Source of the DNA: Pocillopora damicornis
Taxonomy: Eukaryota
Assembly: GCF_003704095.1 (NCBI RefSeq)
Contig: NW_020847248.1
Location: 1,178,001 to 1,242,000, forward strand
Length of the DNA: 64,000 nucleotides
Direction of reading: 5' to 3'
The position numbers and the translations under genes were made by a program. The notes under the pieces were generated by a model. It was not told the DNA's origin, did no database searches, and worked only from the letters and a program-made list of their open reading frames with translations. Of this stretch, positions 1 through 12,000 are shown one piece after another. Position 1 is the stretch's first letter, and each line of letters opens with the position of its first letter.

Positions 1-3000
1 GCAAGAGCCTTCAAGAGCCCAATCCAAAAGGTTTATTTATGATGTGTATTCCTCCACCCAATGTGACAGGGTCACTTCATCTTGGCCATGCCCTCACTAA
101 TGCTGTTGAAGACTGCATAACAAGATGGTAAGAAAATTGCCTATTTTTGGCCATGATTAGTGTAGTGTTTCTCTGGATGTGGAGACTGACTTCTTTAACT
201 TACAAAACCACATCTTTGTCAATGCTGCAATTATATAAACCACTACTTGGCTTTGTTGCTATATCCTAAATTATTAGTCTAATAAATGCTGTTTGTTTGT
301 AAACTAATAAGGACATGATTTCTCTAATTAGGAATCGTCAGATTGGAAAGACAGCATTATGGAATCCAGGGTGTGATCATGCAGGAATAGCCACACAGGT
401 ATTTGAACCCTTCAGTACTTGATATGTTTTGTATAATTCTCTCTTACTGCTTCTTGTTAAATTTCCTTTTACAACTTGTAAACATAATTTGATTTATAGT
501 GTCAACCCCTTCACCCTTGCACCTTCTAATAGATAGAATTATGGATGAAGTTATGAAATTCAATTTGTGAGGAGGAGGTCCTAATAATCATTTCTACAAG
601 TTTATTGGTTGACCACAATAGTCTTACTGACCTACAATCTTTCATGGCTGCAATAAATCTGATAATTCCATGGATAAGAGACTTTGTCAGATTTTGAATG
701 AACTCAACATGTACATTGTGGGACAGTACTTTAAGAGTTAGATCACTTTTAGTCAGTGCTTTACTCTTCTTTCAGGTAGTCCTGCATGTAATTCCATGGA
801 AAGACTTAATTCCTTTTCACTCTTTACACACTAACAACAGTATACATATTCACGATACTGTACCCCATNNNNNNNNNNNNNNNNNNNNNNNNNNNNNNNN
901 NNNNNNNNNNNNNNNNNNNNNNNNNNNNNNNNNNNNNNNNNNNNNNNNNNNNNNNNNNNNNNNNNNNNTTCACTCTTTACACACTAACAACAGTATACAT
1001 ATTCACGATACTGTACCCCATACTTTTTTTAAGGAACTGTCAAAGAGAATTTGTTTAACAATCACCAGCTTCTTAAGTTAGTGATCATTTCCTCATTTCC
1101 TTTGTTCTGATGAACTAAACATGTGACTCAGGGGTAATATTGCAGAAAGAAATTAGATGCTAGTCACTTAGGGGTCAGAGGGTTAAACATTGATTTTTGA
1201 TAACGTGAACAGAAACCAAAAGAAGACTGTATCTTTCATTTTAAATAAATTTAATATTTACTTGATAACTTTATTTTTAAAAGCAGCAAATAATTCTTGA
1301 CAATAGTTTACTGGATGAATGTTTTGTTTCTCTAGGTTGTGGTGGAAAAGAAGTTGATGCGCGAACAAGGTCTATCGCGACATGATTTGGGAAGAGAGAA
1401 ATTTGTTGAAGCAGTGTGGAAATGGAAGAATGAGTAAGTTTTTTTTTTTTCTGTCATTGTTGGCAAATAAAAGTTGACTCTGAAAGTTTGTAGCACCAGA
1501 TAGATTTTTTTTCCATAAAACTGAAAAAAATTACAAACACTTTGTTTTGATTCTGACAGGTGAATTGTGTACTATCCAATCACAATGATTGAAAAACCTC
1601 AAAACCCCAAATTTAACAATTGTTGCTGTTTGTATAATTTTAGCCTCGTTTTTCTACACATGACTGGCTTTTTCTATGACTACCATTGACATTCCACAGA
1701 TATTTCTGATGTTCTTTGTTTTCCAAGTTTCACAACAAAATATCATTGTACAACCAGAGATTGTACAAATTAAAAGTACAAATGTAGAAATTAACAGCGA
1801 TTTCTAAAATGTGTAAATTCATTTTCTCAACAGAAAGGGTGATCGTATCTATCAGCAGCTGAGAATGATGGGAGTTTCTGTTGACTGGGATAGAGCTTGT
1901 TTCACCATGGATCCTGTGGGTGAACTTTTGTTTGTTTGTTTGTTTGTTTGTTTGTTTTATGTAGTCAGACCATACACAATTTGTCCACTTTTAGGAGATT
2001 AGGTCGGCACTTTTGACTTTTAATCTCAACCCTTTAACTCCCATGAGTGACCAAGAAAGAATTTCTCCTTTCAATATCAATATAATATCAAGTAGACTAG
2101 CTATGAGAATAAAGGAAAATATCAATCAGGGGATAATTTATTAGTTGATCTTATACTAGATTCTCTGAGTTAACATGATGAGAATTTTATAACAGTCAGT
2201 AAGAAGATTTACTAACGAGATTGTGAGAGTGAAAGAATTAATTTAATGAGAGGCAGTACTCTGCAAGAAAAGAGGTATTAAGTCTTAATTTGTTTACAGT
2301 GAAATGTACATCTTCCAGCTAAAATCATGTCATTTATTTAAGTATGTCTTTGTTTGTGTTTCATCTTATCAGAAACTCAGCAGGGCCGTAAAGGAAGCAT
2401 TCATTAGACTCCATGATGAAGGACTCATCTACCGAAACAGACGGCTGGTCAACTGGTCATGTACCTTGAATTCTGCCATCTCTGATATTGAGGTAAACAT
2501 TCCAATTAAAATAGAATTCACTTCATATAGATCCAGCAACAATATCTGCAGGGTGTAAGGAAACATGGAAGAATTATGGCAGAGGGTAGAAATTAAAAGA
2601 GTAATCGCTACAAATGGTACTAAAGCAATGTTGTCAATCTTGAATAATACCCCCATAATGAATTGGCAAAATTCTCAAATTTTAGGTTGACAAAAAGGAA
2701 TTACCTGGAAGAACACTGCTACCTGTCCCAGGTTATGAAAATAAAATAGAGTTTGGAGTATTGGTGCATTTTGCTTACCCTGTGGAAGGTTCAGGTATTT
2801 TTTATTATTATTATTATTATTATAGAATTCTCAAATAGGAATTTTGATTCATCCGTAACTCGTTTCTATGTTAAAATAAGTCAAAATCTTTGGTTGATTT
2901 TGCATTTCCAACTTCCCAGTATGAAAGTCAGAGATGCTGCAGGGGATAGTGTTAATCATAATTATATTTTATGTTCTTATTGCAGATGAGAAGCTGATCG

Positions 3001-6000
3001 TTGCCACCACTCGTGTGGAAACAATGTTGGGTGATACAGCCATTGCAGTGCATCCAAATGATCAGAGATACAAGGTTAGGAGGATATACATGTAACTGGG
3101 ATTAACAATTATCCAATTGATAGAAAAAATTAGATCCGCCTTTTCCAATCAATGCTTGAGGAGTAAAACAAAGTCATCTGGAATTCAAGTTCTCACTGAG
3201 TACCAAAACTTGTGAATTTCAACTGTAATGAAATTTTGTAATGATTGTTTTTTTTAATGTATATTTAGCACCTTCATGGAAAATTTGCTCTCCATCCTTT
3301 CTGTAATCGCAAGCTGCCAATTGTGTGTGATGATATGGTTGATCCTGAGTTTGGATCAGGTACGTACTCACATGAACCCAAGAACCAGCAACACTTTAAT
3401 TTTGTGTTGTCCAATACCACTGTGTATGATGTTGGTAGCTACCACAGAGGGTAAAAGGAATTGTCCATGTCCTTAAGCACTCTTTAGTCCAGAGGCTATA
3501 GAAAAGTGATAAAAGGTGCTTGAGTGATAATGTTCAGTGTCCACTTCACTTTCTAGATTAAGGCTGATCATGGACATTAAATTTTAACATTAATTTTCAT
3601 AGGATCACTGTTTACAACCAACTACATTTTATCATGGAAAAGTGACTGTGTGATCTCTACCATTAGTGGCAACTGCACTGTGCATGTACAGGCTCAACAT
3701 AGGCTTTTTAAATATTAACTTAAATTTCCTTTAACATTGAGAAAGGATTGGTTATTTAGAGTGAAACTCATCATCAGAAATATATGGAATTTTACTGTAT
3801 TTCCAATAAGTGTCACAAAACTAACCTGCAAACAGCCACAGTTATCTGAGTGTGGTTGTTAGGTTTGCTTGTTTGTCCTCAATCCATTACACAATTGACT
3901 TTTCAGAATAAAATCAAAGTTTCCATGGTTTTCTGAGTTTTACGAGAAGTAGTGATCAGCTTTGGCAATTGCCACATAACTGTGTTTGAACTCTTCTCAT
4001 GCTCTTTTTTTTAGGTGCTGTCAAGATCACACCAGCTCATGATCATAATGATTATGGAGTGGGTCAGAGACACAGCCTTGACTTTGTCACTATGATTGAT
4101 GATAATGGTAACATCAAAGATCTAAAGGACTTTTATCCAGATTTCAAGCACTTTGCAGTAAGCTGTTTTCAGATCTGCTGCATGTACATGTATTGTCAGA
4201 AGAATATTGTTTAACCCATTGACTCCTACGTGTAACACGTGCCTACCCAAAAGTTAAAATTNNNNNNNNNNNNNNNNNNNNNNNNNNNNNNNNNNNNNNN
4301 NNNNNNNNNNNNNNNNNNNNNNNNNNNNNNNNNNNNNNNNNNNNNNNNNNNNNNNNNNNNNNNNNNNNNNNNNNNNNNNNNNNNNNNNNNNNNNNNNNNN
4401 NNNNNNNNNNNNNNNNNNNNNNNNNNNNNNNNNNNNNNNNNNNNNNNNNNNNNNNNNNNNNNNNNNNNNNNNNNNNNNNNNNNNNNNNNNNNNNNNNNNN
4501 NNNNNNNNNNNNNNNNNNNNNNNNNNNNNNNNNNNNNNNNNNNNNNNNNNNNNNNNNNNNNNNNNNNNNNNNNNNNNNNNNNNNNNNNNNNNNNNNNNNN
4601 NNNNNNNNNNNNNNNNNNNNNNGTGTGCGAAACCCACGAAGTAGAATTCATCATGCTTAAATCGATGTTTACTTGAATTCACGGCTAGAATATTGCGCAG
4701 CGTTGTGTTGAAAATACTGAAAGTTCTACGATTTAACACAAAATCTTCTATTAAACAATACTTTTTGGACATCTCATTAGTCAAACGTGATATTTACCGT
4801 GCCTTTGAATCTTCATAATGTCTCTAGGCCTCGTTTGAAGTCCGATAGTTTGGTTTTCGCTTTACGGCCCTAATTCGCATCGCTTTAGAGAATTGTAGTG
4901 TTGTCGACTCGAAAGCTTATTTTGTCGCCTTTAAGACCGTGATGTCCATTATTTTTCGAGCAGATTATTCTATAGCATTTTTCCTTTTCATTTTATGTTC
5001 CAGAAGGTCTAAAATGGTGGGAAAGGAACAGAAAATCCGACTTGAAAATATTGAAAGTCGGCCGCGCGTACGCCATTTCTTTGTATTTGATCATTTCTTG
5101 TGCACGCATAAAATGACGCCTCTGTACTACCCCCTAAAGTTATCAAAATAACTGCGCAAAAAACGGATTCTGATTGGTTTATAGATCCCCTAACAGTTTG
5201 GAGACAAAATTCTGCTTAGTAGGGGAGATAGGGGGGAAAGCGTCTCTCGCGCAAGTCCCCCACGCGGCACGGGCGGTTACGGGCGGTTCAGGTGTCAATG
5301 GGTTAAAATATTTATACTTGCCATACTTACATTTACGCATACACTAGATTCTAATAAAGTCTTCCATTGAGTGTGATATTGTGTCAGCTTGAACAATAAT
5401 TTGCCACTCGCTGTACACTATTCTTCTACAAAGCTGTCTCGGTGTACTAAATGTAACAGTTATATAGACAAGACAAGCAGAAAATACAGACAGGCAAATA
5501 TCATAATATGATGACTGACAGTGTACAGTGTTCTGTCTTATTTTAAGCATGACAGGTAAAACAAGTTTTAAATCTGTAGAGCAGTCGTTCTACCTGTTGA
5601 ATTTTCAAAAATTGCAAGGGATTTATTGAGTGAGAGGTACATATTAGAGGTGGTAAATTTTATGGACTACTGGTTCAAAAGGAGAACACTATGGGTTGCT
5701 ACAGTTTACATGTATGTACTGATTTGATTGCTGAAAAGTGGGCAATACAAATACTTCTGAATTGATGAAGGTTGTTTGAGAAAAGACATCTGGTTGAAGT
5801 ATAGAATGAGTGACTATCTTTGGAAACATTTATCTTTACCTTTTTTTGCACTCTTAATTTTAGGGTTTGAAGAGATTCAATGCAAGGAAAGTTGTACTTG
5901 ATGCTCTTACTGCTAAAGGTCTGTTTATCAAAACAGAAGACAATCAGATGGTTGTACCTATCTGTAGGTGAGTTTTACATGTAAGTTGGTTGGCCTGATT

Positions 6001-9000
6001 TAGTGACTTAACCCTTTACTCCCAGAATTGATTAACATGTTACTTCTCCTTTTAATATCCACACTGTATTCCAGCAAACAGGTAACGAGAATAATCAAAC
6101 TCATCAGTGAGGTAGAAGTTTTTATCTTGATCTAACAACAAATTTTCATAACTGATTTACATGAAATGTGTAGCAGCTAGTAAGGAGAATTCACAATCAA
6201 ATCTTGGGATTTAAAGGGATAAAGTGATCCTTTAAACCCTCCTACACAAAGGACAGGAAAGGAAACCTCTCATGCTTGTGAAGGTGAATTTTAAAATGGG
6301 AAAATGACATCTAGGAGACTTTAAATTTTAATGTCTCTTTTGAGGGATACCTTACAAAACCATTCTCTTTCATTCATGTTAAGTTCTGTACTGTATGGTA
6401 GTCTCTAATGGACATTGTTGCACTGATACAGCTCCTTACTGCTGCAGTATAAGGCTTAGAGTTACTCTACCTGACATTCTTTGCTTTCTCTCTCAGTCGT
6501 TCAAAAGACATTGTTGAACCTCTCATCAAACCTCAGTGGTATGTGGACTGTAAGGAAATGGCAGATATGGCTGTGAAGGTACAGTGACCCATAACGTCCA
6601 CAATTGATATTAAATGCTGTCGTTATCCAAGTTGTGATACAGATAAACCTTTTTTTCTTTATCAACCTTCACTATTAGTGAGACCACTTTTTTCTGCAAA
6701 CATCTGTTTTAAGTGGCTAATTTTTTAGAATATGGAATATTTGAAATGTGGCATAAGTCACTAGAGTAAGGGGAAAAGCAACCAGTTCCTTCTATCTCAT
6801 ATCCTTATTACTGTTACCTGTGTGATTGAATACTGCTTCAATACTGATAATTGTGTCTGCAGGCAGTGCGAAATGGAGACTTGAAGATCATTCCAAGTAT
6901 ACATGAGAAAGTATGGTACGGCTGGCTTGAGAACTGTAGGTTAGTTATGCAAAAACTTATCTCTGTATTTACCACGATGATTGATCCTATAAATGGCTCT
7001 TTTTTTGTCAGCGAGGACTTGGTTCAAACTGGTTTTTGAAACTTCACACCAGGGAAGTGATGTTGTAATTTGCGCCAGACAGTGGTTTGTGGGAACAGAC
7101 TGCCATTTGTTCTTAACTACACCTCTTGGTTGACGACAAACTCACATCTGATCCTGTAACAAAAGCTCTTATTCTCAGCGTCTATCTTGTTAAGGCAGTT
7201 TAATTTTTTACCAACCTAAACAGTTTGCCCTTCTACTTTTAGTGTCATGTCATGAACCTCCTGCAAGCACGGGCGCGAGTTGATATACATTTTCTTTCTC
7301 TAGGGATTGGTGCATATCTCGACAGCTTTGGTGGGGTCATCGCATCCCAGCATTTTTTGTGACCATTGATGATCCAAGTGTCCCACCAGGAGAGGTAAGT
7401 TTTTTTTTAAAGATGATAACGAATACTAAAAGAACAATTGTAAACTGAACGTCAAAGATAATCCACGATTGCGGTGTTTTTGCTTTACTTCGCTTTGCGA
7501 TTGGCCCACAAAACTCGCGCCATTCTCTCAACCAATCAGAGGCAAACTAAAACCATTCACGACTTGGTCGCACGCGTTTTCCCGCGCTTTGGGGCAGTTT
7601 GGTTATTTTTACTTTGAATTCTTTTTGGCTCTTAAGAGAATTTTCCTTTCCTCTGTTTGCCGTCGGGATTACTTTAGTTTTGGTGACGACATTCAATCGA
7701 AAAGCGCTCCAATTATGGCAAGTAATACTGATAGGTACAAATCCCATTTTTAAAGTATTTTCTGTCTTTAGAATTTTACAGAGAGTAAGTTTGAAAATTT
7801 ACTTTAGAATGCTCCGCGCATCGGATTGTTCCGTCCAGTAATTTTAATTGTCTGTCGTTGTCACGGTCATTTTCTAAAATATCAGTTACATTCGACGTTT
7901 CTCTTTTTCAGGATACTGATGGCAAATACTGGGTCAGGTAATGAAAAAAATTTATGTCCGCCAAAAAAAGAGAAAAAAAGAAGACAAAAATATTTAGGGG
8001 AAAATGAAAGGCAACAAGCAGGATTTTAATCTTCGTTATTGTGATCCTATTGTGTCGATTTTGTTTCAGTGGTCGCACCGAAGAGGAAGTATTGAAAAAA
8101 GCTGCAGAAAGGTTCAATGTAGCCCCCGAGAAGATCACTTTGAAACAAGGTAGTAATTGTTGTGATACCTGTTATGCATCCCCAGCCCTTGAAAATCCTG
8201 CCTGATCTCGTTCTTAACTTGTGTGTCCTGGTTTATTGCAGACGAAGATGTTTTGGACACGTGGTTCTCCTCCGGCTTGTTTCCTTTCTCCATATTTGGT
8301 TGGCCAGAAGAGGTTAGTTATCACATTTCGTGTGAGAACCTCAAGTGGAATTTTTTATTGGGTGTTGAATGTTATCGGAGGAGGCATCGGTCTTGTGTCA
8401 CTTTGCTCGGAAAACTCGCATCAATTACCGAAAGAATCAGAAACGAATACCAATTCCGACTGTCACTCACGTTTTCCCGGGCATGAACCCTTTTGCTTAT
8501 ATCTAGTTTGAGTTCTCATTGGCTTCTCGGTGTATGTACCTTTATTATGATTAGCTGTTGTAGTTTTGAATACTGCAGCTCCTCTGGGTGTGCTTCCATA
8601 AAGTGAAAATATCATTGTCGAAGGAATTTTTCATCTTTAATGTAACTAAGTGCATTTTATGGTTTATTTTTGACCCACGAGTTTTCAGTGAAGAGGAAGT
8701 GATGTTGTAATTTGCGCCAGACAGTGGTTTGTGGGAACAGACTGCCATCTGTTCTTGACCACACTGCTCGGTTGACGACCAATTCAATTCTGATCCTCTT
8801 TAACGAGAATGCCATATGAGTTTTTACTCTTGATGAGGGTTTTAAAACAGTCCCTCATAGAACAACCGTTAGCAAAGTAGGGACAAGACATCTACATTGA
8901 AATCCCTTTCTACTTTCTTTTCATTGCATTTCCTTTCTTAATAGACTGACGATTACAAGGTATTTTACCCTGGTACGTTGTTGGAGACTGGACATGACAT

Positions 9001-12000
9001 CTTATTTTTTTGGATTGCCCGGATGGTGAAATTAGGCCTTAAACTTACTGGTCAGCTGCCTTTCACTGAAGTGTTTCTTCACGCAATGGTGCGCGATGCG
9101 CATGGCAGAAAAATGAGCAAGTCTCTCGGGAATGTTATCGACCCCGTTGATGTCATTAAGGGGGTGTCTCTAGAGGTGAGGTGCATTTTCTTTAGGACTT
9201 GAACTAAGTTATAGGTTCAGTATAACAGGTGTCGCGTTCTTAGTCTGATTTTTTCTTTTCTTCTTCAAGAGATAAACAAACTCTTATTTGAGATAAACAA
9301 GTTCTTAAGCGTTGTCAGAGGTGGTATTTGATGTTGTTGTTTTTTCAATATGTAAATAAAAGAATAACTAATCCTTTGTGTTTTTAGGATCTACACCTTC
9401 AGCTTGAAAACAGTAACTTGGATCCGAGAGAGATTGAACGAGCTCGAAAAGGACAGGTTTGTCTGAGTATTGATGAATCTAAAACTCTTAATGGAAGTGA
9501 AAGTTCCTTTGATCACATGATACAAATTTTGTCATGCCAGATGACAAATTGTTTACTTAGACATTGAAAACAAACAAAATTTGACCTTGACTGAGTTACT
9601 TTCCATTGTCTTAAATGTTCCAGTGTGTATTTTGCCATACGCAGCCTACGGCTGGGCAGAACTAATGGCTGTAAAGTGGGGTAATTTAGCATTATCAAGA
9701 TAACGTAAATTGGCCACTGTGAAGAGTTTCAAAGCTGACGTTTCGAGCGTTTGTTCTTCGTCAAAGCGAATGAAGTGAAGGACCTTATGAGCGCTTCAGT
9801 ACGGACGGACAAGTTTGAGCCAGACCACTCGCCGACTCGTAAAAAATCTTCCTGCGAGAAGAAAAAAACGCTCGTCCTGCAGCACAACTAATGAGGCCTT
9901 CTCGCAAATTTAATTCCAAGACCTTGTTCAGGAGACAAGTTTTTTGTATCAACCCTAAAGTCTCGTCAGCCTCGCTGAGTGCGTCATCCGAGCATCAAAG
10001 CGTCGGTTTACTTTCTGATATTCGTTGTAACTTTCGTAGCTCTCTCGTCCAGAGCCAGTTTTCAAACCATCGATGCGGAGATGTCTTTGGAGAAATTCTG
10101 GCGCCGTGCATCTGACAGTTATAAATACGTGAACATCGCGGCCTCAAACTTTTTAACCCCTCAAAATGACTAGCATCTACTTTCTTCTTGCAAAATCATC
10201 CCTGAATCACACTTAAGGTCATGAGAATCAACCAAATGATCACCAACTAAAGAAGCTCCTTGATTGATAAACAAATTCTCTTCGTCAGCACCTGAGGAAA
10301 TGAGTAGAGAACAGTATGGAGAATATACATACTGATGTTGGGCGTGAAGGGTTGATCTCACTGTCTCTCTTTATTTTACTTTGGTTTATTTCAGACTTGG
10401 TTTATTTTTTTACCTTTCATTTCAGTGTTATGATACCATTTTACCCCGTAAAAACTTGTAATTGGGTATAACTCTGAAGCCTCTTAAATCTACAGAAAGA
10501 AGATTATCCTGATGGCATACCAGAGTGTGGCACTGATGCTTTGCGGTTTGCACTTTGTGCTTACACTGCGCAAGGTAAGTGTCCTTGTAGTGTCAACCGT
10601 TTGACTTCCATTAGTGACCAAACAATTTCTCCCTACAATATCAATACAATATAAAGCAGACAAGTGATGGGAATAAAGAAAAATATCCAATAGGGATTAT
10701 GAGTTAATCCAATACCACATTCTCCAAACTGACTTCATGAGAATTATAAGGCAGACCGTAAGGAAAGTTAATAATGAGATCTTGGCGGTTGAAGAGTAAA
10801 ATTACGGTGATACAAAGACTCATTCAAGCTCCTGAACTCTAAGGGAGCAGTTAATTAGATGGAAAACAAGCTGACCTGACTTTCCTTGTACTTTATTCTA
10901 CAGGACGGGATATTAATCTTGATGTACTTCGTGTGCAAGGTTATCGTCATTTCTGCAACAAGCTGTGGAATGCCACTAAGTTTGCGCTGGGCGGCCTGGG
11001 ACCTGACTTCAAACCGAATGTCAAACCAGAGGTGAGAGTCTTTGTTATGGAAATATCTCTTTCGGCAGGGGAAGGGACGGTAGTTATGCAGGGTGAGAGG
11101 CATTTATATAAAAAAAAAATCTGCCCCGCAAGTCATCTGCCAGGAATCAATAGCACGCACCGAGCTATTGTCCTACCATAGAGAGTTCTTGATCGCATTC
11201 TGTTTTGTCTCGTGTAATGAAAAGTTTTCATCTATTAACTGAGACAAGTCATTTTACAAACGGAAACTTCAATTAGTTATCAAACTGACATTTCTCTATT
11301 TGCGTTTCAAAGCTTATTGGGAGCGAAACTCTAGAAGACCGCTGGATTCTCAGCCGGTTATCTTATGCAGAGAAAACAGCAAATGAAGGCTTTAAGAACT
11401 ACGATTTCCCATCAGCCACGACGGCTATTTACAACTTCTGGCTTTACGAGCTTTGCGACGTTTATCTGGTAAGAAAAGTAGAATAAAAGGCGTGAAAAAG
11501 TTCTTTCTTAGAATCCTATTTAGTAATCACTTGTGAACTTCTTCGTGTTGCTTAAAAACATTTTTTGGTATTTTTTTCCTGTAGGAATACCTTAAGCCAA
11601 TTCTTCAAGGAGACAACAAAGAAGCAATCAACACAGCACGTAACACTCTGTATCCTTAAGATGCTCTTTTTAGTTTTCCCGGTGTACTTTTTATTTCCTT
11701 TTTCTTGAATCACTACAATGTTTAATTGAAACATGGCAGAAGTATTCTTCTTAAGAAAAAAGGGCAGAGGAAGAAATCATAGGGAGTAATATCTGATTAT
11801 TGACTGAGTGGAAGGGCCGGGCGAGAAATATTTGGCTCGAGATCATGATTAACGGACCGAGCGCTACGAGGTCCGTGTGTCATGAGCGAGAGCCATTGTT
11901 TTTCCTGTCCAGCCTAACCTAACTCGGTAAATAAGCATTTTATCATATGACCTCTAAGTGTTGAAAATTTCGAACATTTTGTTTCAACCCAAATAGGACA

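Noticed and set aside
816-1021. Exact 53-bp direct repeat on both sides of a 100-N gap
   Set aside because: Typical scaffolding artefact (overlapping contig ends); ORF 698-1081 through it is spurious.
4226-4784. Long ORFs spanning the N-run
   Set aside because: Open only because Ns contain no stop codons.
9466-9600. Possible C/D snoRNA (TTGATGA...CTGA)
   Set aside because: Weak terminal stem, no recognisable rRNA guide and no second copy.
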